Part shown: piece after piece, positions 1-9,894 of the stretch
Layout: each line of letters opens with the position of its first letter
Position numbering within the stretch: the stretch's first letter is position 1
Source of the DNA: a virus
Taxonomy: Duplodnaviria > Heunggongvirae > Uroviricota > Caudoviricetes
Direction: 5' to 3' (one strand)
IMG/VR virus record: IMGVR_UViG_3300030332_001481
Span: 195,486 to 259,485 of that record
Length of the DNA stretch: 64,000 bases
The notes under the pieces: generated by a model
Seen by the model: only the letters and a program-made list of their open reading frames with translations
Told to the model about the DNA's origin: nothing
Databases searched by the model: none
Program-made: the position numbers and the translations under genes

Positions 1-351
1 CCGTGCGGGTACTCCGCCCCGTCGTACAGCTCGCCGGGAAGCATGAAGAACTCGTGGCCGAAGCTGAGATCGAATGCCATGTTGTCTCTCTTTCTGATTC
101 TCTGAATCGTGTTCGTGATTGTTTGGTGGTCGAAAGCGAACAGCTCTCTCCGGTAGAAGCCATAGTCGCTAAAGGCTATGGCCACCGCTGATCTGTACCT
201 TATATCGAAGTCGACGGGATGCCGGTAGCGCTGTGCAACGACGACACCCCACGACCACAGGGCGTGATACAGGGTCGTCCGCTCCTGGTTATCCATCTTT
301 TGCTTCATGCTGCACGCTCCACTTGCCTGGTGATGGGATCGGTGAAGAGAT

Positions 352-675
352 CTACTCTTCGGTCTTCGTGGTGTATCCGGAGCGGAAGAGGGCCGTGTAC
401 ACGTCCGAGGCAACCTTTCGGTAGCCGGCGGGAGCGGTGAAGGAGCACCACCCCGCAGCACTCTGGTCGTCGCTGTCCGAGAGCGTCATGGCGCTTTCCA
501 TGATAGCCCTCACAGACACGACGCTGAGCACCACATTCCCCCTGTCGGAGAAGTCTTTCTGCGCCTCTTCGGCCGAGCTGAACTTCTGCACTCGGACCTG
601 GACCTCGTTGTTGTAGCCGGGGCACAGTGCCAGAGTGCAAGAACACTTCGGCAAGTATGTGATACAGTACTGCAT
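352..675 (-). CDS. hypothetical phage protein
   Basis: 107-aa ORF, co-oriented with and 3 nt from the upstream ORF, downstream of the promoter motif at 1069-1085. Confidence 0.6.
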   Translation of the reverse strand: MQYCITYLPKCSCTLALCPGYNNEVQVRVQKFSSAEEAQKDFSDRGNVVLSVVSVRAIMESAMTLSDSDDQSAAGWCSFTAPAGYRKVASDVYTALFRSGYTTKTEE

Positions 676-678
676 TTC

Positions 679-1002
679 TTACTCCTGCCCCGAAAGGTGC
701 TCGTTGGCGATCATCTCTTCGATCTCATCCCAGCGGGAGGCGATGATGCCCAGCGCCTTCTGACCCGAAACCGTGCGGGTTCCGCTGGAGTCGTGACGAA
801 GAACCTCGAAAACCTTGACCCGGGTTTCGATGAGACCCGGGAGACCGGTATCGTCGTAGTCCCCGCTGTAGTAGCTAACCGAGAAGAAGCACTCGAACTC
901 CGCACTTCCGTCGGAGAAGATGTACTCCTGGTCGGCCTCCTGGCCCGCTCGGGTCGGGTTGATGTCGAAGATGAGGCGCTCCGTGATTCCGATCTCACTC
1001 AT
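679..1002 (-). CDS. hypothetical acidic phage protein
   Basis: 107-aa ORF with GGGGAGA RBS, first gene after the promoter motif at 1069-1085. Confidence 0.7.
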   Translation of the reverse strand: MSEIGITERLIFDINPTRAGQEADQEYIFSDGSAEFECFFSVSYYSGDYDDTGLPGLIETRVKVFEVLRHDSSGTRTVSGQKALGIIASRWDEIEEMIANEHLSGQE

Positions 1003-1248
1003 AGTATCTCTCCCCTCAGCGTTTTGCTGGGTTAGTCGTTGCTGCCGAGCCTTCCTCGGCCTCCCTACCTAGTATGGCCAGGGTTGGGGCCCTTAACCAA
1101 GGGGCCTGACGGTCTCCCGGTGGCCTGCTCACGGTTAAAAGACCTCGGGCTGTCGGCCCTGAGACTGCCACATGTATCCAAACATGGGGCTTAAACGTCA
1201 AAATGCCGACCACCCCGAAGGGCAGCCGGCATCTTGTTGGGTTGGGAG

Positions 1249-1434
1249 TTAGTCGTTTCCTTCCGCGGGCGCCACCGTCCAGGCGGTACCCGCATCTTCC
1301 GCGGCTTCGTCCCACGAGAAGGCCCCGTCGGAGTCTTCCAGGGCCGTCTCCACCAGGTCCACGAACTCCGAAGGGTCGTGACGCTCTTCGTCCACTTCGA
1401 TCAACAGGGTCACCTTGTATCGTCCGATGGTCAT
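1249..1434 (-). CDS. small hypothetical protein
   Basis: MTIGRYKV start after a purine-rich leader (AAGAAGGAAACGA). Confidence 0.55.
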   Translation of the reverse strand: MTIGRYKVTLLIEVDEERHDPSEFVDLVETALEDSDGAFSWDEAAEDAGTAWTVAPAEGND

Positions 1435-1490
1435 TCGTTTCCTTCTTTCTTCTTGGGTTGTGGTTGGGTGTGGTCTGTTCGGAATGTCTA

Positions 1491-1823
1491 TTACTGCCTG
1501 ATCTTCTCCACGCGCTCGCCCGTGATTAGGTCGAGTATGTCCCATCCCTTGCCCCTTGGAAGCTCCCTCATGGCAACGACGATGCCGGCCGGGCCGAGGG
1601 TCCGCGCCTTCTCAGCACTTCTTTTGCCGTGGCGGGAATCGAGCGCGTACTCGTAGCCGGCCAGCTCGGACGCGGCGACTCTGTAAGCGGTGATCCCATC
1701 GACTACCGCGGGGGAGCCCGGCGTGTAGCGGGGTGAGACGTTGAAGTAGAAGCGGCTTCGAGGATGCTTCTTGCGCCACTCATCCAGCCGCTTGTCACGA
1801 GCATCGTTGGTCTTCAACATCAT
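1491..1823 (-). CDS. hypothetical protein
   Basis: 110-aa ORF with a purine-rich leader resembling that of the next gene. Confidence 0.6.
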   Translation of the reverse strand: MMLKTNDARDKRLDEWRKKHPRSRFYFNVSPRYTPGSPAVVDGITAYRVAASELAGYEYALDSRHGKRSAEKARTLGPAGIVVAMRELPRGKGWDILDLITGERVEKIRQ

Positions 1824-2088
1824 TTCTTCTTTCTTCTTGGGTTGGGGTGGGGTGTCCTAAACTCGGCGACGAGAGCAGCTCTTGAGATGCTCCTGCATCT
1901 TCTTTCCACATTCCGGGCAGAAGTGGCTCTTGAGAATCTTCATGGGATCTCCTTCTCTTGCTCAGTATTTGGCTTCCACAACGACTTTGAAGTCGTCCAC
2001 GCTGGTCTTGGCACTGGCGTTGTAGTTGTCCAGGTACCCCTTCCACTCATCCCACAGCCAGGTCTCGCAGGTCTTTCCGTAACCTCAA

Positions 2089-2526
2089 ATGAAAGAATGT
2101 CACAGCATTCTAGTCAGCCGACTACGGGAGTACGAAGTAAGGGACGACCCGTGGAGTGCAGAGTTTGAGTGGTCTTTGCTTCACGAGGTAACCCACGAGG
2201 AGGTTGCCAAAGCGAATGTCCCGTTCGATAAGATCTACACCGAGAGATATAGTTGTCGTGACCCTCGGTGCGGTGACGCTCGATGGCACGCGGCTCGTAT
2301 CCTGTACTTGGTCGACCACCCGGACCAGTTGAGTACGCCCATAAGCGTTGACAACCTTTGCATGGGAGACATCATCTATGCCGTCCCCGAGATTATCGAT
2401 GGATGGCATCGCTTCTTCGCTCATCTGTTCCTGAATCGAGAAAGGATACTGTGTACCTATGGTGGGCACATTGACCTTTTGGATTACTTGAAGGGGGAAA
2501 CTTTCACACCCCCGCCCTCCTGCTAA
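2089..2526 (+). CDS. ParB/sulfiredoxin-like domain protein
   Basis: PISV...IIDGWHRF motif typical of the ParB N-terminal/Srx fold. Confidence 0.55.
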   Translation: MKECHSILVSRLREYEVRDDPWSAEFEWSLLHEVTHEEVAKANVPFDKIYTERYSCRDPRCGDARWHAARILYLVDHPDQLSTPISVDNLCMGDIIYAVPEIIDGWHRFFAHLFLNRERILCTYGGHIDLLDYLKGETFTPPPSC

Positions 2527-2549
2527 ACCAACCACAGAAAGAAATCACC

Positions 2550-3227
2550 ATGACCACTACGACTACTTACACCGTGCAGATGTCCTACGCCCTCAAGGGC
2601 TGGCGCGATCGTGCCGACCACTATGGGATTCGAACCTTCATCTGCCACTGCGACGTGGCTTCGAAAGAGGAGGCCGCGCTCTTCGCAGTCAAGCAGCTGA
2701 AGAACGAAGAGGGGGTTGATTGGGAGACGGACGTCGACCATTCCATGTCGGACCTACAGGTGAACGAGACGCCCGTCCTCACGATCAACCATCTCCTGGA
2801 GCTGCCCTACACTTTGAACGATTCCACGCACAGCATGCGGGATCACGAGGTTCTGGGCTCACTCGTCCACAGTGTGTGCTGGCGCAAGGTCAAAAAGCAC
2901 ATGAAGGTTAGCAGAGACTGCAACGACAAGGCTCCTCTGGAGCTTCGTGAGTACGTCCATGAGCCGACAAATAACGGCTTCCTGTGCCTGGACGGGGTGT
3001 TCTTCGAGGGGGAACTCGCCTACGTCGTGCAGTCATGGGACCATGGAGGTCACGAGTGGGTCGTGTCCAAGGCACGCTTGGAGCAGCTGAGAGAATGGCT
3101 GTCGCATCCTCGGTTCCAGGAGGACACGCACTACGACAGCTACGAGGAAGTGGATCCCGACCAGGTCATCTACGACCTGGGCATCATCGGCGGGCAGTCC
3201 TGGTACGACGTGCAGAACGAGAAGTAG
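2550..3227 (+). CDS. hypothetical protein
   Basis: 225-aa ORF, GC3-biased codons, ends before a terminator. Confidence 0.75.
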   Translation: MTTTTTYTVQMSYALKGWRDRADHYGIRTFICHCDVASKEEAALFAVKQLKNEEGVDWETDVDHSMSDLQVNETPVLTINHLLELPYTLNDSTHSMRDHEVLGSLVHSVCWRKVKKHMKVSRDCNDKAPLELREYVHEPTNNGFLCLDGVFFEGELAYVVQSWDHGGHEWVVSKARLEQLREWLSHPRFQEDTHYDSYEEVDPDQVIYDLGIIGGQSWYDVQNEK

Positions 3228-3250
3228 CACTCACCTCTCACCCTCACCCG

Positions 3251-3287
3251 AAAGCGGGCACGTGGTATGATACCACGTGCCCGCTTT
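3251..3287 (+). terminator. intrinsic terminator hairpin
   Basis: AAAGCGGGCACGTGGTA-TGA-TACCACGTGCCCGCTTT, immediately before the promoter motif at 3301. Confidence 0.8.
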
Positions 3288-3367
3288 CCGTTAAGGGGCC
3301 AACCCTGGCCATACTAGGAGCTAAGCCGGGGAGCCCCTGGCCAAACCACCAACCATCGGAGCTGAAC

Positions 3368-3838
3368 ATGACCACCCGTACCCTCGCCGCTCACATCGCC
3401 TCGACCCTCCTGGCCCGCCACAACTGCATGCTCAACGGCAACACCGACTGGCAGGAGAAGCACGAAGATCGCCTCAAGGAGATGGAGAACCTTCTCCCCT
3501 CCGGCAGCGGCTTCGACATGGGGACCAAGATCCCCCGTGATCTCTCCGACGACCCGGAGACGTTCCTGGAGTTCGTGGTCGACTACCACCTGATGAACGG
3601 CAACGGCTGCTACTGTGGCTGGGTGCAGTTCAAGGTCAGCGTCAACGCGACCTTCGACGGCATCCACGTCTCCGCCACCATGACCGGCCACGAGGATCTC
3701 CCCCGCGACGAGTTCGAGGACCTGGGCGGTGAGGGCTTTGTCGACCACACGGAGGAGTACGTGGCGGAGACGTTCCACCAGTTCCTCACCACGCAGTACA
3801 CCCTGAAGGTGACGGGTCTGAAGAAGACCGCCGCCTGA
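3368..3838 (+). CDS. hypothetical phage protein (LPSGSGFD motif)
   Basis: ATG after GGAG RBS, first gene after the promoter at 3301. Confidence 0.75.
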   Translation: MTTRTLAAHIASTLLARHNCMLNGNTDWQEKHEDRLKEMENLLPSGSGFDMGTKIPRDLSDDPETFLEFVVDYHLMNGNGCYCGWVQFKVSVNATFDGIHVSATMTGHEDLPRDEFEDLGGEGFVDHTEEYVAETFHQFLTTQYTLKVTGLKKTAA

Positions 3839-3862
3839 ACACTCACTGATCCTCCCCTACCT

Positions 3863-4215
3863 GATCCGCAAAACAACCACGAAAAGAAAGAGAAGAAACA
3901 CCATGGACACCAAGACCGTCATCAAGAAGATTCAGATCGTCAAAGCGTTTATACTCGGTGTCACTGACGCTATGGACCCGGAGATTTCGTTGGGCATGAC
4001 GTTCGATGACGACGCCGAGAGCCCCCGTTCGAGAGCCTACGACAGAGGCTGCAACTTGGGGGAAAGGATTACCCTCACCTGCGAACTGTGGGGGGGCGGT
4101 CCGCTCTCCCCCATTCCTGAATGGCTCACGGCCTAAACCCAGATCCGATCCGCAAACCAACCACGAAAAGAAAGAGAAGAAACACCATGGACACCAAGAC
4201 CGTCATCAAGAAGAT
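3863..4215 (+). repeat. 69-bp direct repeat (leader plus first codons) at 3863-3931 and 4147-4215
   Basis: one mismatch; both downstream ORFs begin MDTKTVIKKI. Confidence 0.9.
3903..4136 (+). CDS. hypothetical protein
   Basis: 77-aa ORF behind the duplicated leader. Confidence 0.6.
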   Translation: MDTKTVIKKIQIVKAFILGVTDAMDPEISLGMTFDDDAESPRSRAYDRGCNLGERITLTCELWGGGPLSPIPEWLTA

Positions 4216-4513
4216 CATCCACGGGGTCACCGTCAAGGGCTCCCGCTCGGTGCGGCAGTTCACCCTGGCCCTCGTCTCGTCGGCCGAGGAGTACTGGCGC
4301 CAGCAGCTCCAGAAGGCGACCGACCGGATGCAGACCGAGGGCACCGAGGAGGCGAAGACTCGTCACTCGGAAGTGTTCAACGAGTGGCACCACATCAGCA
4401 TCCTCCTGAACTCGGTCCGGAAGGGCTGCGAGGTCGAGAGCTTCAACGTCCGCAACGCCCCGAAGGTCAAGGTCAACATCGAGCACACCGAGACCGCCGA
4501 GCAGAGCGCGTGA
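4187..4513 (+). CDS. hypothetical protein
   Basis: 108-aa ORF behind the duplicated leader, strong GC3 bias. Confidence 0.7.
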   Translation: MDTKTVIKKIIHGVTVKGSRSVRQFTLALVSSAEEYWRQQLQKATDRMQTEGTEEAKTRHSEVFNEWHHISILLNSVRKGCEVESFNVRNAPKVKVNIEHTETAEQSA

Positions 4514-4902
4514 CTCACCTCGTTGAAGTGGGCGGGGATACCCTCGAAAGTATCCTCGTCCGCATCAGCGAGGGCTGCGACCGAGCCCTCTCCCACCCAC
4601 AAACAACTCAAGCCCAGAAGTCCTACATCGAAGGGATCCAAGAGATGACCGACACACTCATCACCGCAAACAAGCAGCCGGGAAACAAGACCTGCGTCAC
4701 CCCCATTGGTGGCAAGCTCCCCAACGGAGCGACGCTCCTGGCGCGGCGCACCAAGGACGCGAGCCGAGAGATCGTCCTCGCCCTGAACGGCGACGAGTTC
4801 GTCACCTGGTCGGTGTTCCACGGCGACGACGAGAGCACCAGCCACGGTCACTACTTCGCCGATAACCTGACCGCTGCGGCGAAGGACTTCGAGGAGCGAT
4901 GA
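4510..4902 (+). CDS. hypothetical phage protein (FVTW...GHYF motif)
   Basis: GTGA overlap with the upstream stop and ATGA overlap with the downstream gene. Confidence 0.65.
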   Translation: MTHLVEVGGDTLESILVRISEGCDRALSHPQTTQAQKSYIEGIQEMTDTLITANKQPGNKTCVTPIGGKLPNGATLLARRTKDASREIVLALNGDEFVTWSVFHGDDESTSHGHYFADNLTAAAKDFEER

Positions 4903-5246
4903 AGAGCGGACGCGAGAATGAGGTCGAGAACGAAGATCTCAAGGTCCCTGAGAACCTGAGCCTGGATGGCATCGTGGCATGTGGTGCGATCATCAGGCTG
5001 GCTCAGCGTCACAGGATGACCTTCACCGGAGGGTGTAAGGCGTTCTATTCGCCCAAGGAGTGGGAGGAGCGAGGCGAGTCGTACGGCTGTGACAGCGAAC
5101 TGGTCGTGGTCTACGACGGCAGCGAGCTGAGCCAGCTGTGCCGGTTTGATGGAGACCTCTACGGAGAGATGCGCCGGGAGCTGGAAAAGCTGGGCTTGTG
5201 GATCGACGAGTGCATGAGCTGGTACGCCGCGGTCTACAAGCTGTAG
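4899..5246 (+). CDS. hypothetical protein
   Basis: 115-aa ORF, translationally coupled. Confidence 0.7.
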   Translation: MKSGRENEVENEDLKVPENLSLDGIVACGAIIRLAQRHRMTFTGGCKAFYSPKEWEERGESYGCDSELVVVYDGSELSQLCRFDGDLYGEMRRELEKLGLWIDECMSWYAAVYKL

Positions 5247-5410
5247 GCCGTTCGAACCTGAGGGCTCCAAGCGCTGGCTGGACATGAGCGACCCGGAGGG
5301 TTTCCGGCAGTGGCTTTGCAGAGTCCATGGGACATGAGCGACCCGGGCTTCACGGCGTGGGTGCAGCGGTGCAAAGAGTACGACGACAAGGAAAGAGAAA
5401 GACAGCCCCG

Positions 5411-5965
5411 ATGACGCCTGACTTCTACCCCGCGTATGTCCCTCATGATTTGTTCGAAGAGCTGCGCGAGAACGTGCAGTGGACGAACCGATCATCACCG
5501 CGAGACGAATGTTTCATGGCGACGGACACGAGCCTCACGTACAGCTACGGCAACAACAACGCAATCCGTGAGGCTCGGCACACCTACAACGCGGTCGAGA
5601 TGCACCCGGAAGTCCTCCGCCTCATGGAGAGGATGAACGAAGAGTTCGGCACGGAGTACAACGTCTGCGTGCTGAACTACTACCAGGGACCGCACCAGCA
5701 CCTTGGGTGGCACGCCGACGACAGCCCCGAGCAGGACCTACAGCACCCCATTGCAGTGGTCTCGTTCGGGGCCGAGCGGTACATCTACGTCAAGGAGAAG
5801 TCCTACAAGGGGATTGTTCCTGACGAGAACAAGTTCCTACTGACGCGAGGCTCACTGTTTGTGATGCCCGGTGGCTACCAGGACGGACACTACCACAAGA
5901 TCCCGAAGCACCACACCTCTTGCGGTGGTCGGATCTCACTGACCTTCCGCAAACTCGACAAGTAA
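5411..5965 (+). CDS. AlkB-family 2OG-Fe(II) dioxygenase
   Basis: LNYY...GWHADD (HxD), VSFGAER, HKIPK (distal His), RISLTFR (RxxxxxR). Confidence 0.9.
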   Translation: MTPDFYPAYVPHDLFEELRENVQWTNRSSPRDECFMATDTSLTYSYGNNNAIREARHTYNAVEMHPEVLRLMERMNEEFGTEYNVCVLNYYQGPHQHLGWHADDSPEQDLQHPIAVVSFGAERYIYVKEKSYKGIVPDENKFLLTRGSLFVMPGGYQDGHYHKIPKHHTSCGGRISLTFRKLDK

Positions 5966-6003
5966 CCAGAAATACCAACCACTACCCCAGAAAGAAAACC
6001 ACC

Positions 6004-6312
6004 ATGGACTACAAATCAGGACAGATCCTCGCCCGAACCCTTCAGGTTCTCTACCGTCACACCGAGATCATGTCGGGGGCGTACAAGCTCCCCAGGTCCC
6101 AGCAGGGAGTGAGCCCGGAGGACGTCGACAAGCTGCGCAACAGCGGGGTGAACGTCATGGAAGCGAACGGTAGCTTCTGGCGTGACCTCACCGACGATGA
6201 GAAGCTGGCGAACTCGATGGACATCATGCGTCGACAGATCCAAATCGTCCATGACTGCGTCGATGGTCTGTACGAAGGCGGCAGCGCCGAAGACAACGAA
6301 GACCAGGAGTGA
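6004..6312 (+). CDS. hypothetical protein
   Basis: ATG after an A-rich leader. Confidence 0.65.
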   Translation: MDYKSGQILARTLQVLYRHTEIMSGAYKLPRSQQGVSPEDVDKLRNSGVNVMEANGSFWRDLTDDEKLANSMDIMRRQIQIVHDCVDGLYEGGSAEDNEDQE

Positions 6313-6313
6313 C

Positions 6314-6727
6314 ATGCAAACAACATTTGGAGCCAGCACTAAACATCTGACTCAGAAGGTGAGTGCCTCTGGGTGGGTTGTACTGACTTCTATCTTCCAC
6401 GGTCACAGGGATTGCCCGGGACGGGTCTTCGAGTGTTGCCGGGTTGATGGGATCTGGACGATGGTGGAAGTCACCGTCAAGATTCACCCGCGAGAGTGGA
6501 CCCAAGAGCTACTCCGCTGGGCCCACCCGTCTCTCCTGGACACGGACAGACTGTCTGACTACTGGGTTGATTCGAAGGATGCACTGTGCACGGTGTGCAA
6601 CCTCCCTCAGCCAGATGTCTGTGAACGGGTCGACATGTACTTGGTCGAAGTATACGAGTACTACCCCGAGGAGGCCAAGCGAAAGATGTGCGCGGACTGC
6701 GAGAAACAAAGAAGGGAGGATGTATGA
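6314..6727 (+). CDS. hypothetical protein with CxxC pairs
   Basis: AGGAG RBS; CTVC and CADC motifs. Confidence 0.6.
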   Translation: MQTTFGASTKHLTQKVSASGWVVLTSIFHGHRDCPGRVFECCRVDGIWTMVEVTVKIHPREWTQELLRWAHPSLLDTDRLSDYWVDSKDALCTVCNLPQPDVCERVDMYLVEVYEYYPEEAKRKMCADCEKQRREDV

Positions 6728-7119
6728 GCGAGTACGAGTACAACGACTACGTCGTAATGCTGCGGTTCGGGGACAACGATTTCAGTAGCACTTTCCGGCT
6801 GGTCTTTGCGTCGCTGCGCGAAGTACTCCAGTACTCAGGGGAGTGGGAGGAGTACAAGGACAAGACGAACCTTGCGCAGTTCATCAACAGCATCTCTTTC
6901 CCGATGTATGTACACGGTCAGGTAGGTCAGGTCCGGAAGAATTACACCTCCAAGGAGGACCTCGCTTCCACACAGAAGTCTATTCTAGTGGAGGTGGACC
7001 GCCTCTACGTGGGGAGTGAGGTCGACACGTTCTTGCAGAACCACGACTCGCAGAGAAACTGCGAGTGGTTTGGCCTGGACATGAGGCTTCCCCGGGACCA
7101 GCAGATCTTCGTGGTCTGA
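6724..7119 (+). CDS. hypothetical protein
   Basis: GGAGG RBS, ATGA overlap. Confidence 0.7.
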   Translation: MSEYEYNDYVVMLRFGDNDFSSTFRLVFASLREVLQYSGEWEEYKDKTNLAQFINSISFPMYVHGQVGQVRKNYTSKEDLASTQKSILVEVDRLYVGSEVDTFLQNHDSQRNCEWFGLDMRLPRDQQIFVV

Positions 7120-7128
7120 GAGGGCACC

Positions 7129-7867
7129 ATGAGAAAGAAACCACCGGCAACCATTGAGGATTGGTTCTCAGGAACCAAACTTCGCCAGGACCGCAAAGTC
7201 TCCGGCGAAAGCAATCGCTGGGAAGGGGGGGAGGGCTGATCCCGTCTTTCAGGGTAGGACCCTGGGATGGATGTCCGCCACCGAGGTCAGCGCGTACGCC
7301 CTCGCTCACGAAATGGGGCATGTTGTTGAGCAGAGCGAAGATCGTTTCCTCCTGCCCAGCTACGACATGAAACCCACGAGGGTACAAATCATCGGAGGAA
7401 GGTCATACCCGGAAGTGAGCACGGCACAAGCCACGGAACGAGAGCTGAGGGTCCACGCCATTCAGCATCTGATTCAAGACCACTGCGGTCTACACGAGGA
7501 GCCAGGCCCTGAGTATTCGGCTGTGCTGTGGCAGTACATGGTGGATCATTGGGCCTTTGCCGAGAAGGCCGGGGGATCGTGGACAGAAAAAGAGAAGGTC
7601 AGTTACTACGCGGAAGAGCGCATCCGTGCCCTGATGGCAGAGACCACCATCGATGAGGTCTGGGCTGAGTGGGTTCGGAAGTGTGAGATCCATGACAGTG
7701 TCGTGGGCCTTCGTCTCTCCGAGATCGAGAAGCTGGGTTACTGGAACCCCAAGCCCGTCCTGGCGATGTGGTTTGAAGAGAACGACGAGGGCGAAGAAGT
7801 GATGACGTGGATCCCCGAGTGGGAATGGTGGGAGCGCGAGGAAAAGCGGCTCAACGAGGCAACATGA
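7129..7867 (+). CDS. HExxH metalloprotein-like ORF, apparently frameshifted at a G7 tract (7225-7231)
   Basis: AHEMGH plus a downstream Glu (ERE). The RBS-preceded ATG at 7129 joins the main frame only if one G is removed. Confidence 0.55.
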
Positions 7868-7870
7868 CCG

Positions 7871-7909
7871 GAAAAGCGGGCGTGGGTTTGTAACCCACGC
7901 CCGCTTTTC
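7871..7909 (+). terminator. intrinsic terminator hairpin
   Basis: GAAAAGCGGGCGTGGGTT...AACCCACGCCCGCTTTTC, followed by GTTAAA and the promoter motif. Confidence 0.8.
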
Positions 7910-8004
7910 GTTAAAGGCCAACCCTGGCCATACTAAACAGGGAAGCCGGCGGCAAGCGAGCCGCCCCAAACCACCGACGAACCATCACTGCAAGGAGAAA
8001 CCTC

Positions 8005-8766
8005 ATGAACATCACCGTCCAAGACTTCCTCGACAACGACGAGTTCCACTACGACGTGCCGTTCAAGCTCAACCAGCACCAGATCGAGGCGTACGGCGTT
8101 CGGCTCGACGACCCGGTGATCAAGCTGTACCTCGCCCTGGACAGGCACGAGGACATCGACGCACAGCAGGCGGTGACCCCGGACCTTCAACGAGCGTCGC
8201 TGATGACGATCGGGATCTTCCGGTTCGAGATCAGCATCGCGAGCAAGTGGAAGGGAGTGCACCACTACACGAAGCTCTACACGAACTTCCGCACCGACGC
8301 TCTCTCGCTCTTCCGGAAGCTGGTCAGTACGGCCCGCGAGCTGTACAACGAGGAACTCCAGACGGACCGGTACCGCCGGGGTGAGTTCCTCGGCGAGACC
8401 GTCGCGAACGAGGATCTCTACGATCTCCCCAACACCTGGGAGATTCGGGTCTTCGACTCGATGCCCTGCGTGGAGAAGCCGGACGGAGGTATCTCGTTCC
8501 GGTCGGAGAAAAAGGAGGAGATCGCCGGCTGTCGTCTGGGCGCCTACCGGCTGGCCAAGAGCAACTCCAAGGTGTTCGTCTCCCACGGTGGCCGCGACTG
8601 CGACAGGGTGCGCTACCACACGCTGAGCGAGTTCAGCTCGCTGCGAGAGGCCGCCGACGCGATGGACGAATCCGCAAAGTACGCGGAAGGGCCGTGGGGC
8701 TACAGCGTCATCAGCCGCGACGAGTTCGAGACCTACGAACCCGATCACCTCGGCGTCGTCTGCTGA
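8005..8766 (+). CDS. hypothetical protein
   Basis: 253 aa, AAGGAG RBS, follows the promoter at 7920. Confidence 0.8.
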   Translation: MNITVQDFLDNDEFHYDVPFKLNQHQIEAYGVRLDDPVIKLYLALDRHEDIDAQQAVTPDLQRASLMTIGIFRFEISIASKWKGVHHYTKLYTNFRTDALSLFRKLVSTARELYNEELQTDRYRRGEFLGETVANEDLYDLPNTWEIRVFDSMPCVEKPDGGISFRSEKKEEIAGCRLGAYRLAKSNSKVFVSHGGRDCDRVRYHTLSEFSSLREAADAMDESAKYAEGPWGYSVISRDEFETYEPDHLGVVC

Positions 8767-8792
8767 GACATCTTCAACGAAAAGGAGGAACG

Positions 8793-9221
8793 ATGAACAA
8801 GAATACCGAGATCAAGCCCGACTGGCGAGTTATCAAGATCGACGAGAAGGGGTTCTGGCGGGGGGAGCTGGCCAAGAGCATCGATGAGATGTTCGGGGTC
8901 TACCTCTACGACGAGAACCTGAACACCTACATCTGCTCGCTGACTCCGTCGGTCGAGCTGATGTTCCTCGGTCACGACTATGGTCTGGTCGAGGGTCTCT
9001 CCGACGAGATGGCCGAACAGATCCACGAAGCGGTCCTGTGTACCCCGGTCGACGAGCCGGTCACGTACATGGATCGCCGAACGGTCGAGCGCCTCGTCGC
9101 CGCAAACCCCGACCGCTGCGCCAAGGCGACCGAGTTCGTGGATCTCTCGGAGTGTGAGACTCTCAACGAGATCCACGACGAGGCGCGAGAGTGCTTCCAC
9201 ACGGGGTCGCTCAGCTTCTAG
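8793..9221 (+). CDS. hypothetical protein
   Basis: AAGGAGG RBS. Confidence 0.75.
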   Translation: MNKNTEIKPDWRVIKIDEKGFWRGELAKSIDEMFGVYLYDENLNTYICSLTPSVELMFLGHDYGLVEGLSDEMAEQIHEAVLCTPVDEPVTYMDRRTVERLVAANPDRCAKATEFVDLSECETLNEIHDEARECFHTGSLSF

Positions 9222-9342
9222 GTCCCCCGAAAGCCGGTGAGTGTTTGTTACACTCACCGGCTTTCTTCCTGTTAAGGGACCAACCCTGGCTACACTAAGA
9301 AGGGAGCCGGGGAGGGTCCTCGGCGAGAAGAGAGTAGGAAGC

Positions 9343-9807
9343 ATGTCGAACATCATCAAGGTCAGCCCGAGCCTCTACGCTCCGCTCCCCGAGCGACTCC
9401 CCGACGAGCCGAAGTTCAATGTGTCGTACAACCTGGAGTCGGAGTACGTCATCGCCGACCTGCGAATTCGGGTGGCGGGTTTGGAAAACTCCCTGTTCAG
9501 GGAGAAGTCCAGGAACGGGGAGCTTCAAAAGCTCCATGACAGTGCGGTGCGTCGGGAAAGTTCCCCTTCCCAGGATGTTCTTCCTGCCATCCCTATCAAG
9601 GACGTCCACCGGTTGATGCGGTGGGGAAGGGGCTCGGGCAAGACATTCACGCTCCGAAGCTCTTCGGAGGGGCCCGTCGTGTCTTTGACTTGCACTGTTG
9701 AACCGCTTGGGCGTGTCGAGGCAAGTGGGTCGTCGTTCGACGCAGCACTTCAAGCGCTGAGCGACAAGATCGCCAAAACAGCACTCGAAAAGCTCGAAAA
9801 CATCTGA
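9343..9807 (+). CDS. hypothetical protein
   Basis: follows the promoter at 9282, AGGA RBS. Confidence 0.7.
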   Translation: MSNIIKVSPSLYAPLPERLPDEPKFNVSYNLESEYVIADLRIRVAGLENSLFREKSRNGELQKLHDSAVRRESSPSQDVLPAIPIKDVHRLMRWGRGSGKTFTLRSSSEGPVVSLTCTVEPLGRVEASGSSFDAALQALSDKIAKTALEKLENI

Positions 9808-9894
9808 GTAGAAGGGGCGTCTGCCGAAAGGTAGGCGCCCTTTCCCCATTTAATGGGCGAGGAGCCCGAGGTCTTTTAACCGCGAGGTCAGGAT

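Noticed and set aside
3290-3317. T3/T7-type promoter identity (AACCCT...CACTA resemblance)
   Set aside because: Spacing differs from the T3 consensus and no single-subunit RNAP is in the window; the resemblance may be coincidental
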